In this document: one piece after another, positions 1-9,006 of the stretch
How the letters are laid out: each line of letters begins with the position of its first letter
Numbering within the stretch: the stretch's first letter is position 1
Assembly: GCA_963832745.1 (NCBI GenBank)
Contig: CAWHVC010000001.1
Location: 384,001 to 448,000 of the forward strand
Direction: 5' to 3'
Source of the DNA: Candidatus Bathyarchaeota archaeon
GTDB taxonomy: Archaea; Thermoproteota; Bathyarchaeia; Bathyarchaeales; Bathycorpusculaceae
Length of the DNA: 64,000 nt
Notes under the pieces: generated by a model
Seen by the model: only the letters and a program-made list of their open reading frames with translations
The model's database searches: none
What the model was told of the DNA's origin: nothing
Translations under genes and position numbers: made by a program

Positions 1-2
1 GA

Positions 3-1094
3 GTAGACCTTGCCTGTGTCAATGGATTGTTTGATGCAGTTTCCGCAAACATATTGGGTGTCTTGGGTGGCGTATCCTTCAGTGAAGCCTTTTTTGCATA
101 CTGGGCACGTGACTTCTATAGTCTGGTTCAAACCCAAAATCAACGATGAACAAATAACCGCGTCGTTATCAAGAACTACATCAAACTTTACCTTGAACGT
201 ATTAACCACTAGTAAATTGATAAATTTCACCGAAATGTTAGTAAGGTAAGATTCTTCCTCCCTTTTCAGAAGCGCCACGTAATTGTTCTGCCATTTCAAC
301 GGGTCAAAATCATGTTTTCGCGAAAGAATTTGCTCCCGACGCTCCTGTTTAAACCGTTTCTCAAAAGCATGAATCTTGGCCTTCTTCTCTCTGCTAAGTG
401 GTAAATCAAAAAGCATCACCTTTTCACGGAGAAGTACCTCCAGTTTTTCTTCAGCTACGCTTTTCAGTTGGTCAAAAAGCTCTGGTTTAACTTTGCCTTT
501 ACCATCTGAAACCTTCAATGAGGTATCCTCCATGAAGATGCTCTCGCCCAAAATTGCAACCTCCAAAATGTTGGCTTTCTCATCAAGCAAAATGGTTATG
601 ATTTCCTCGTTTTTCGGTCTTAACTTATTGTAGAAGATAACTGAATAATAGAACTGGAAGTACCTTACCTGTTCTTGCTTGCCAATTTTTATTTGGCTGA
701 TTTTGCCGCAGTTAATTTGGTGATGGCATGGTTGGGGTTTGACGCAGATGCTGATTTCCTTTTGTTCAACAGTGACTTTATCGCAGTCAATGCAGGCAAA
801 CGTGGCGTCTTTAAAGTGCTTTTTTACTTCTGTTTCCATATCCTCTTGGGGGTTTAACTGGATTTGACATGGTACCCCATTTTCTTGGCATTCACGCAGT
901 ACCTGTTGGAAAGCTGGACTTCCCGGCGCAATAAGCGGCACCTTTTTCTCCCTTCCAACCGACGGGTGATACGTATATTCCTCCTCAGCTTTATCGGGGT
1001 AAGTTACATAGAGAATATCGTTTTTGAAAGCTATTTTACCCTCTTTAGCTTTTATGTAAGCTTCAAAGAAGCTTTCAATGTTTGTTTCGCTCAA
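3..1094 (-). CDS. Zn-finger-containing partner of the SNF2 helicase (YqhG-like), truncated at the window edge
   Basis: Not in the ORF track because it has no stop inside the window. Manual translation from TTG at 1094, which overlaps the helicase TGA, gives MSETNIESFFEAYIK... open to the window edge, with CIDC, CPVC and CGNC motifs. Confidence 0.75.
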   Translation of the reverse strand, partial: MSETNIESFFEAYIKAKEGKIAFKNDILYVTYPDKAEEEYTYHPSVGREKKVPLIAPGSPAFQQVLRECQENGVPCQIQLNPQEDMETEVKKHFKDATFACIDCDKVTVEQKEISICVKPQPCHHQINCGKISQIKIGKQEQVRYFQFYYSVIFYNKLRPKNEEIITILLDEKANILEVAILGESIFMEDTSLKVSDGKGKVKPELFDQLKSVAEEKLEVLLREKVMLFDLPLSREKKAKIHAFEKRFKQERREQILSRKHDFDPLKWQNNYVALLKREEESYLTNISVKFINLLVVNTFKVKFDVVLDNDAVICSSLILGLNQTIEVTCPVCKKGFTEGYATQDTQYVCGNCIKQSIDTGKVY

Positions 1095-3055
1095 TCAATT
1101 ACCCCTTGAGTAAATTGTTCAGCCATTTCTTGACTTTCTCTTGAAGTGTTTAGATTGTTGGCAAGTTTTTCCAGTTCCTTTTGAATATCCAGACGTGAAT
1201 TGCTTCTCAGCAAAATTTCGGCGATGGTTTTTTGAATGTCTTGGTCGCCTTCTTTCAATTCAGCCAGAACTGTTTCCATCTTGCCAATAGTCATAGTAAA
1301 TAACTCGATTTTCTGGTACAAAATGTGCAAGACATAATCATCTATTGTGTCTTTAACCGCAAGGTTGAAGACGGTGACGTCACGGTCTTGTTTGAAGCGG
1401 TGAATTCTGCCGATGCGTTGCTCAATTTTCATGGGGTTCCAATGTAAGTCGTAATTAAACATAATAGCGCAGTTCTGCAGGTTAAGACCTTCAGCAGCCG
1501 CGTCAGTCGCAATCAAGTACCGTATTTCACCTTTCTTGAAGGCTTCAATAGTGGAGTCTCTCTCTATTTGGTTCATGTCACCCAAATAAACTTCTGCTCT
1601 GCCAAATTCTTGGTCAATCATTTCCTTAATTTTGTGAGCCGTTATTTTTCGCAGACAGAAAATCAGCGCCTGCTCTTTGGGGGTTTGGTTTAGGATGCTT
1701 CTTAATAGGTCCATTTTAGCGCTTTTTACTTTCTTTGCCATTTCGATAAGTTTGTCGGTGGCTTCAGTTTCCATGGGAAAACGTTGCTGCCGTTTTTTCA
1801 ACGATTCAATGGATGCTGCAGGTGAACTGGAGAACGACTGTTGAAGTGTTATTGCTTGGAAAACCAAGATTGCGTTACTTTGTGACGCGCTAATTTTCCG
1901 GTTGGGATTTTCAGCGATTAAGGTTTCAATGGTTTTAAACTTGTTTTGGCTAACTGCCCGAAGGTACTCGGTTGCTTGGTCAATAAATTCGCGTTCGTAA
2001 TCGTTAGCTTCAAGCGTTCTGGATTCAACAACCCTTTTAGTAAATGGAATACCCGTCTGTTCCCTGCGTGTACGGCACATTATGTCCCTAAGGGTTTGTT
2101 TTAAACCGGGAGCTTCTTCTTGCCTTAATACTCGACTTCTTGCATCCTCTGCAAAACGAGAAATAAACGCCCGTTCACTATCCAAAATTCCCGGTTGAAT
2201 TAAATCAACAATGCTGTAAAGGTCCGTCAACTTGTTGCATAACGGTGTTGCAGTAAGCATCAGGAAATGATTTTTACGCAGGTTTCCAAGGCTCGCACGT
2301 CCTTTACTATGTGTGTTTCTGAAGGCGTGTGCTTCATCTACAACTATTAGATCCCATGTTCGGCTTGCAAGCGCCTCAAACTTTCTTGGTAACAGGCTGT
2401 GAGAACAGATTATTTTGTCATCAGCCTTAAGATTCACACGTTCACCGGGATAGTTGGCTATGAAAAAGTTTTCTCCAAACTTTTCCGACATTTCGGCTTT
2501 CCATTGGGAAAGCAAGCTTTTAGGTGAAATAATTAGGATTGAATTAATTTCGCCCCTCAAAACCAGCTCTTTAATGATTAAGCCTGCTTCAATGGTTTTG
2601 CCAAGACCCACTTCATCAGCTAAAATCGCGTTAGCATTCATCTCATTAATTACTTGAAGCGCGGTTTGCATTTGGAAATTGTACGGCACCAGCTTGGTCC
2701 TGATGGCATCCAGAGCGATCAGGTGGTCAATTTTACCCGTATTTTTAATCTGTAACGCTTCAAGGTTAAGCTTGAATTTTTGGTACGTCGCATAATTATT
2801 TGCCGAAACAAGCTTTTTGATGTTATAAAGGTCAGAGTAAGTGCAGGTATAGCGGTGTTTGACCATTTTGCCTGCAGAGTTCTCCTCCTCAAAATCGCAA
2901 ATAACGGTTTTTTCTTCAGCTTTACCCTTTTCTGCAGCTGAGTTCTTCTTGGTTCTTCGTGTTTTTACCTGCGAGTTTTCGAGGTTAATTAAGTTTGGGC
3001 TGGTTATGGTTGTTTTTGTGACTAAAGAGTTGGAGTCTTTTAGGTTTTCAGACAA
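1091..3055 (-). CDS. SNF2-family (YqhH/RapA-like) helicase
   Basis: LADEVGLGKT Walker A, VVDEAH, LTATP, AEGLNLQ, WNPMKIEQRIGRIHR. Confidence 0.93.
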   Translation of the reverse strand: MSENLKDSNSLVTKTTITSPNLINLENSQVKTRRTKKNSAAEKGKAEEKTVICDFEEENSAGKMVKHRYTCTYSDLYNIKKLVSANNYATYQKFKLNLEALQIKNTGKIDHLIALDAIRTKLVPYNFQMQTALQVINEMNANAILADEVGLGKTIEAGLIIKELVLRGEINSILIISPKSLLSQWKAEMSEKFGENFFIANYPGERVNLKADDKIICSHSLLPRKFEALASRTWDLIVVDEAHAFRNTHSKGRASLGNLRKNHFLMLTATPLCNKLTDLYSIVDLIQPGILDSERAFISRFAEDARSRVLRQEEAPGLKQTLRDIMCRTRREQTGIPFTKRVVESRTLEANDYEREFIDQATEYLRAVSQNKFKTIETLIAENPNRKISASQSNAILVFQAITLQQSFSSSPAASIESLKKRQQRFPMETEATDKLIEMAKKVKSAKMDLLRSILNQTPKEQALIFCLRKITAHKIKEMIDQEFGRAEVYLGDMNQIERDSTIEAFKKGEIRYLIATDAAAEGLNLQNCAIMFNYDLHWNPMKIEQRIGRIHRFKQDRDVTVFNLAVKDTIDDYVLHILYQKIELFTMTIGKMETVLAELKEGDQDIQKTIAEILLRSNSRLDIQKELEKLANNLNTSRESQEMAEQFTQGVID

Positions 3056-3300
3056 GCGTATCGCGGTTTCTACTTTATGTCAGGGTATAAAAACATAAAG
3101 TTTCAGAAAACCGGTTTTTCGCAAGATATACAACCAGATTAGGTCTTGATGGATCCATGATATCTCCTTAAAACACTAAAATTCGAGTTGAAAAATTAGT
3201 TTTCTTGCTCTTTGTGCAGTTTTTTATCCTTTTTCGATTTACCAGTTAAACTTAACTTTAACCGAAGATATGATTAAGCATCTAACCGGAGTTACATGTA

Positions 3301-3471
3301 GTGAAGAAGAAACGAGATAGCGTAGAAGTGACTGAAGCAGAAACTTTTGTGTCTTATAGTGAGAAGCTCAAACAGAAGTATGGTGACAACTGGCTGGGGA
3401 AGGGTAAGTGTACGGGGTTAGAGTTTAAACGTTGGTTAGCTTTACGCGATAATAAAACAGAAATTCCATAA
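3301..3471 (+). CDS. small hypothetical protein (56 aa)
   Basis: GTG..TAA frame MKKKRDSVEV...WLALRDNKTEIP, with GGAG upstream; no family recognised. Confidence 0.35.
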   Translation: MKKKRDSVEVTEAETFVSYSEKLKQKYGDNWLGKGKCTGLEFKRWLALRDNKTEIP

Positions 3472-3509
3472 AAAATGAGGGCTTTGTAAGTGTTCTTAAG
3501 TCTCAGTAA

Positions 3510-3850
3510 TGTTTCCCCGCATTAATGTATATCTGGTTAGGATTTCTTCGGGTGTTCTCCCAAGCCCTTATACTTTCTTTTAGCAGGTCGATTCTGCTTA
3601 CCTATGCTTTTGCTCTGATGGCTAATCCTGCACTGTTGTAGAGCTCTCTTAGTGTTTCTATACCCACGATTTGCATGTCTTCGTAAATGTCGTTAGTATA
3701 ACCCATTAACATAATTGGTTATATCGCTGTTGACTTAGCAACACCCATTTTTGTTTAGAAGTATTTTCTTAAACTGTGGGTTCTAACACCGTACATCCAG
3801 CTGTCAAGAAATTTTTTGGCCGTACCAGCATTTACTGCATGTTCATAAAC
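3510..3850 (-). pseudogene. tyrosine recombinase/integrase C-terminal remnant
   Basis: Minus strand reads WMYGVRTHSLRKYF*TKMG...LMGYTNDIYEDMQIVGIETLRELY: HxxR motif, MG-x and a candidate catalytic Tyr, with in-frame stops and a frameshift. Confidence 0.7.
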
Positions 3851-4029
3851 GATTTTTCTGACAGGTGAATAGGTTTACTTTAAAAAAATCAACCTCGTTT
3901 GGGCTATAGGCGTCTATCTTGGTTATATGAGTTGTGTCTTTTTGCTCCTATCACAATAATGCTGGGTAGCGACATAACTGTTGTAGATGCGCTAGCAAAA
4001 TGTATGAAAGCAATATTTTCGAAGTTGCT

Positions 4030-4053
4030 GGTGATTGTAATTACGCTGTCACA
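4030..4053 (+). promoter_or_regulatory. 24-bp palindromic operator copy 1, upstream of the MFS gene
   Basis: GGTGATTG-TAATTACG-CTGTCACA, then 4 nt, then CTTAAA; ATG at 4087. Confidence 0.6.
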
Positions 4054-4086
4054 CAGCCTTAAAGGTACGTTCTCATTGAACTCGCT

Positions 4087-5601
4087 ATGGTGGCGCCAAA
4101 TTTGGAATATAAGTGGATAGCCGCAACTGTAACAACAATCGGCATTTTCATGGTTGGACTAGACTCACGTATTGTGATTATAGGCTTACCGCAAGTTGCC
4201 TACCAGTTAGGTGCGAGCGCGGAGCAAGCCATTTGGATTACCCAGTCTTATGTTCTAACAACCACTGTTTTACTGTTATTGATTGGGCGGCTATCAGATA
4301 TTTTTGGCAGAGTTAGGATTTACTGGATGGGCTTTGCCATCTTCACAATTGGGTCAGCACTGACCAGTCTGGGTTTTAGTCCCCTTTCAGTAATAATATT
4401 TAGAGCAATTCAGGGAGCGGGTGGTGCTCTTATATTCGCCAATAGCATCGCCATAGTGACAGACTCTTCACCTCATCGTCAGTTGGGCTTTTTTGTTGGA
4501 ATAAACCAAATTTCATATCGTGCAGGCGCAATTTTGGGATTGACTTTAAGTGGGTTGATTTTGTCCTTTTTTGATTGGCGAGCTCTTTTTTATATCAATA
4601 TTCCTGTAGGGGTCTTCGGGACCTACTGGGCAAGAAAACGGCTCAAAGAAGTTGCGGTGTTAGATAAAAATTCAAAGATTGATTGGATCGGCTTTTCTGC
4701 GTTTACAGTATTTCTCCTATCTTTGATGATCGCTTTAACAATCAGCGCTTATTATTCTTTGGAGTCAGCGTCTGTTCTGGGTCTTTTCTTATTATCGGCG
4801 ATTTTTTTTGTGTTGTTTGCTTTGTGGGAGAGAAAGACTAGTGCCCCTTTGATTGATTTTAGAATATTTAAGATTAGAGAAGTTACAGGAGGGGTGATGG
4901 CTGTTCTGCTTAATGTTATTGCTTGGGCAGCAATGCTTCTACTGCTAAGCCTACAGTTTCAACTGGTCAATAATCAGACGCCCCTTGAGGCAGGGATTAG
5001 CATACTTCCATTCGAGATTGCATTCTTAGCCGTTGGGCCTCTAAGCGGAACTTTATCAGATAGGTTCGGGTACACTCGGTTTATATTAACGGGTTTGAGT
5101 TTAGGAAGCATTTCGCTTTTTCTCCTATCAACAACTGATGCCAACACGCCTTACTCAATATTAGCACTCTACATGGCTCTGATGGGAGTTGCCACTGGTT
5201 TGTTCCTAGCACCTAACTTGCGGTCTGTGATGGGCGCGCTTCCAATGCAGAGACGGGGAGTCGGTTCTGCCTTAGTTTCACTTTTTCTCAACATAGGATT
5301 AACAATTAGCCTCAACTTTGCAATAGTTATAATGTCATTAATTGCCCCTTATGACTTAATTACACGGATTGTTTCTGGCATCGGCTCGGTTTCAGTAACC
5401 GCAGCTCAACAAGCGCTTTTCATGGATAGTATCAAGTTCACTTACGCTATTATTGCAGTCGTTAATGCTTTGGCTATTATTCCCTCAGTTTTCCAAATCA
5501 ACAGGCAGCGCAAAAATAAAGTTTTGTCTTCTTCTAAACAACCGCCCATGGCAACAGTTGAGGCTATTGCGTTGGAACGCTCGTCATACTTACTTGAATA
5601 G
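4087..5601 (+). CDS. MFS transporter, DHA2/EmrB-like
   Basis: Motif A GRLSDIFGR, WRALFYINIPVG, about 14 hydrophobic segments. Confidence 0.92.
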   Translation: MVAPNLEYKWIAATVTTIGIFMVGLDSRIVIIGLPQVAYQLGASAEQAIWITQSYVLTTTVLLLLIGRLSDIFGRVRIYWMGFAIFTIGSALTSLGFSPLSVIIFRAIQGAGGALIFANSIAIVTDSSPHRQLGFFVGINQISYRAGAILGLTLSGLILSFFDWRALFYINIPVGVFGTYWARKRLKEVAVLDKNSKIDWIGFSAFTVFLLSLMIALTISAYYSLESASVLGLFLLSAIFFVLFALWERKTSAPLIDFRIFKIREVTGGVMAVLLNVIAWAAMLLLLSLQFQLVNNQTPLEAGISILPFEIAFLAVGPLSGTLSDRFGYTRFILTGLSLGSISLFLLSTTDANTPYSILALYMALMGVATGLFLAPNLRSVMGALPMQRRGVGSALVSLFLNIGLTISLNFAIVIMSLIAPYDLITRIVSGIGSVSVTAAQQALFMDSIKFTYAIIAVVNALAIIPSVFQINRQRKNKVLSSSKQPPMATVEAIALERSSYLLE

Positions 5602-5909
5602 CACTTGAGTACTTATCTGCGCTTTTTCAACTGACAACCTGAATGCTTAGCCACAGTCTAATTCTTAAGGGGCGATAATGCTTGAGGATAACATAAGCTG
5701 ACGTGAAAAAAGCGATCCATAAAACATAATGCCCAAGCAATTCCTTACTGTGATGAAACCTAACGTATAAGAACCCAGAAAATCGAGTCCTATATTTAAC
5801 ATCGAAAGAACAAATGCAATCGCAATTAGGGTTATCAAAATTACTAAAACTGTCTATTTAGCGTTTTGAACGCTTTTTCCAAAAACTCACTATCTAAAAA
5901 ACTGATTGC

Positions 5910-6818
5910 TTAATACATTCTCAGTTCGGGCACTTCCATTCCAGTTTCAGTTTTTCTGAAAAGTTTCCAAATATTCAATTGAATATTTTTTAAATCACTT
6001 AAGTCGTTTGCGAGGGCTTTTATTACGAGCCCGTGGTTATTTGCCATTTCTGTGGCTCCACCGTAGGTATTTTGAAAATCAATTTGTTTCTTGGCATTGA
6101 CAGCTTTTTCAGAATACCAATATGCTTTTAAATAATACTTGTTATTACCAAAAATAATGTCTAATATTTCTTTGTCCTGTTTAGTAAATTGAGTACTTTC
6201 GCTTAGAAGCAGTTGATTATTTTTCTCGATCATGACTTTTGAAGAGTATAACTCAAAATCCCAAAATTCTCCCCGTTCAACGCGTCCCGGGCAAAATATC
6301 TCACAGTAGAGAAGTCTAGACTCATCGCTAACATGGAACGTTGTTCTTTGATGCCATCGCGAATCAACAAACAGCATTGTCTCTCGGGGAAGATACTCTA
6401 ATCGACTATTTTTTCCAAGGAAAACATCCACCTGCTTGCTTGCGTAATTCAGATCCATTTTGTATACTTTTGTGGCCATCGTATCAGTGATGAATGCTTC
6501 AGCGCCTTCGTTTAATCTTATTTTGTAAGTGTACCTGTCGCCTTGTACAATTCCGCCTGTTGGGTTCATGAAGAGGATGTATGGTAAACCCGGTAGATAT
6601 GGGTCATAGTATAATTCTCTTAAAAGTTTTGCGGGAAGTACATTATACAGGTCTGTGAGGTATGTTTTGTCTTGATATTTGGTAAATGTTAATTCTGCAA
6701 TAGCTTCTTTACCTGGCGATCCAACTGCAAGTCTTGGCTTTTCAGCTTCATAAGTTAAGAAATTAGATGGTAAATCGCTTAAATCTTGAAGCACTTTTTG
6801 AAGCACGTCCAGTGTCAT
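5910..6818 (-). CDS. ureD: urease accessory protein UreD
   Basis: NPTGGIVQGD, ATKVYKM, LEYLP, PGRVERGE; position in the operon. Confidence 0.93.
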   Translation of the reverse strand: MTLDVLQKVLQDLSDLPSNFLTYEAEKPRLAVGSPGKEAIAELTFTKYQDKTYLTDLYNVLPAKLLRELYYDPYLPGLPYILFMNPTGGIVQGDRYTYKIRLNEGAEAFITDTMATKVYKMDLNYASKQVDVFLGKNSRLEYLPRETMLFVDSRWHQRTTFHVSDESRLLYCEIFCPGRVERGEFWDFELYSSKVMIEKNNQLLLSESTQFTKQDKEILDIIFGNNKYYLKAYWYSEKAVNAKKQIDFQNTYGGATEMANNHGLVIKALANDLSDLKNIQLNIWKLFRKTETGMEVPELRMY

Positions 6819-7462
6819 TTGAAAAGTGCCTTTTCCCTTAGTATTTTAACGACTTCATCAAGGCCTGTGCCCTCTTTAAGGGAAAGTAACACTGTAGGAT
6901 TGCCATCTCTAATTCTTTCGGCATCTTCCCTCATTAGGTCAAGGTTGGCTGTTTTTACGCCTGATTCAAGAATCGTTGATTCAACATATGGGGCTAAATC
7001 TATTTTGTTTATAATAAGCATATCAGATTTTTTAATTCCTAAACCGCCTTTGCGTATTGTTTTATCTCCACCAGCGACATCAACCATGTAAATGAAATAG
7101 TCTGCAAGTTTTGGACTAAACGTGAGTGTTATGTTGTCTCCACCTGATTCTATAAGAATTGCATCTAAACCCGGATTTTCTTTCTCAAGCTTCTCAGCAG
7201 CATCTATGTTCATTGATGGGTCATCCCTTACGGCTGTGTGAGGGCAACCACCTGTTTCAATGCCTATGATTAGGTTTGGGTCAATGTTTTTTCCAAGTCT
7301 TGTAGCGAGCCTTCGGGCGTCCTCTCTGGAGTAAACATCATTTGATATTGCTCCAACCTTGAAGCCTTGATCGACAAATTTTGGAATTAGTTTTTCGATT
7401 AATTCTGTTTTTCCGCAGCCTATTGCGCCGCCTATTCCAATTCTAACTGTTCTACTACTCAT
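6815..7462 (-). CDS. ureG: urease accessory GTPase UreG
   Basis: GAIGCGKT, ETGGCPH, ESGGDN, NKID. Confidence 0.97.
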   Translation of the reverse strand: MSSRTVRIGIGGAIGCGKTELIEKLIPKFVDQGFKVGAISNDVYSREDARRLATRLGKNIDPNLIIGIETGGCPHTAVRDDPSMNIDAAEKLEKENPGLDAILIESGGDNITLTFSPKLADYFIYMVDVAGGDKTIRKGGLGIKKSDMLIINKIDLAPYVESTILESGVKTANLDLMREDAERIRDGNPTVLLSLKEGTGLDEVVKILREKALFK

Positions 7463-7476
7463 AATTTTTGTCTCCT

Positions 7477-8154
7477 TTAACTCATGAACATTCTGCTGTT
7501 GCTTAATTCGTGCCTCATTGAGGCAATATCTACCAGTGGAAAAGTTTGATGTAAATCGGTTAACTTTAAAGGTTTAACCTCGATTGAAGAAAACGCGTTG
7601 CTTATGATTTTTTGGGCTTCTAAGTAATCGATTATGCCCATTCGTACCAAAGAAGCCGTGACTTCCATTAGATTTACGTATAGAAGAGATAAAGCGCCTG
7701 AATCTTTGAAACCAAATTGGTGAGAAACGAGCGCTAAAACCACGGGGTAGGTTCCATAAGATTGACCTGATTTGACAAGTTCTTTGAAGTCTTTTCCCAT
7801 TGAATCTTCGTTGAATTCAATTGCGTTTATCATGCCTCTTCCCATTTTAACGATGGCTGAACGGGTTTCTTCAGCAATTTTAGCGGAATAACATATTTCA
7901 TCAATTTTTTTCAGCAATTCGATGTCGCCTGTTTCAACAGCGTTTAATGCTTGAAAAAAAATTCCAACATCGAAAGATTGCCATACTTTTTCAACGTAGA
8001 TGTTAATTATTGTTGAAATCTTGTCTTTGGGTAACAGGTCTTCGTTTACTACTTGTTCTATACCTTGAGACATCATAAATGAACCCATAGGAAAAAAGGA
8101 GTCAGACAAACGAAGCAAGTTTAACAATTTTTCGTTTTCACTTAAACTATTCAT
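7477..8154 (-). CDS. ureF: urease accessory protein UreF
   Basis: LRLSDSFFPMGSF..SQGIE, C-terminal DIASMRHE..RMFMS; ATG at 8154 preferred over 8169. Confidence 0.94.
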   Translation of the reverse strand: MNSLSENEKLLNLLRLSDSFFPMGSFMMSQGIEQVVNEDLLPKDKISTIINIYVEKVWQSFDVGIFFQALNAVETGDIELLKKIDEICYSAKIAEETRSAIVKMGRGMINAIEFNEDSMGKDFKELVKSGQSYGTYPVVLALVSHQFGFKDSGALSLLYVNLMEVTASLVRMGIIDYLEAQKIISNAFSSIEVKPLKLTDLHQTFPLVDIASMRHELSNSRMFMS

Positions 8155-8620
8155 CCTCTTCCCCTCCATGGTATCCCGCTGCGGACATGGTGATTATTTT
8201 TTGGGTTGGCTCAAACTTGATTGGTAGCTTCATCGATTGAAGAATTTTCGTGATTTTTTCTTCGCCTAAGGTTACTGGAACGTAGACATCGTTGTTTTCA
8301 ATCAAAACTTCAAGGTGCCGATTACCTAGATTGTAGCCTAATTTTATTGCTTGCTCCAAAAGCGTTGTATCTGGCGCGTTTAAATTCACTTTTATTACAC
8401 GCTCAGGTTCAATCAAAATCTTGAAGTATTCACCTTTTTCAGAAGGACCAAAAATGTCACCTTGGAGTATTGTTTCGCCTCTGGGTAAATTAATGATTAA
8501 ATCTTCTCCATCGTTTAACTTTGTTCTTATTCGGCCTCTCATTGCATCTTGCCTATTAGTGGTCACTTCTTTAACATTATCAATGGATAATGAATTGGCT
8601 ATCTTTTCTGAAAAAATCAA
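8147..8620 (-). CDS. ureE: urease accessory nickel chaperone UreE
   Basis: LPRG..I.QGD, LGNRH Ni-binding motif; position in the operon. Confidence 0.9.
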   Translation of the reverse strand: MIFSEKIANSLSIDNVKEVTTNRQDAMRGRIRTKLNDGEDLIINLPRGETILQGDIFGPSEKGEYFKILIEPERVIKVNLNAPDTTLLEQAIKLGYNLGNRHLEVLIENNDVYVPVTLGEEKITKILQSMKLPIKFEPTQKIITMSAAGYHGGEEDE

Positions 8621-8638
8621 ACAAATTGCCTCTCTTAA

Positions 8639-8968
8639 CTAAACTTTCTTAAAAGCAGCATCTCTGAGTTGGTCAGCCCTTTCGGCCTCGTCAACCAAGC
8701 CTAAATGCCTATACCATAAAGGATTCACGTAAGCGGTCTTAAACCTTTCGTCCTCAACCAATATCTTGCCGCCGATAACTAAATCATCGGCAATATAGAC
8801 TTCTCTCATTAAATGTTTAGGAAAATCAAGATTAAGATGAGTTTGAGGGTCAACCCAACTTGAAATGTTTGAAAGTTTAAGAGCAGTAACATCCGCATGC
8901 TTAACCTTTGTAGGGTCAACTACCTCTCCATCTTCAATATTAGAAATAGAAGTATAATGTCTAATCAA
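8639..8968 (-). CDS. hypothetical protein inside the urease operon (109 aa)
   Basis: Co-oriented ORF filling the ureC-ureE gap (38 and 18 nt spacers), GGAG upstream; no family recognised. Confidence 0.75.
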   Translation of the reverse strand: MIRHYTSISNIEDGEVVDPTKVKHADVTALKLSNISSWVDPQTHLNLDFPKHLMREVYIADDLVIGGKILVEDERFKTAYVNPLWYRHLGLVDEAERADQLRDAAFKKV

Positions 8969-9006
8969 ATCTTATTTCTCCAAAAAAAGGATAGGGGAAA
9001 CTCAGT

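Noticed and set aside
10-1109. Four plus-strand ORFs in the track
   Set aside because: They are antisense shadows of the long minus-strand ORF 3-1094.
5640-5860. Hydrophobic minus-strand open frame downstream of ureD (possible Ni permease relic)
   Set aside because: No start codon or recognisable motif; cannot be supported.
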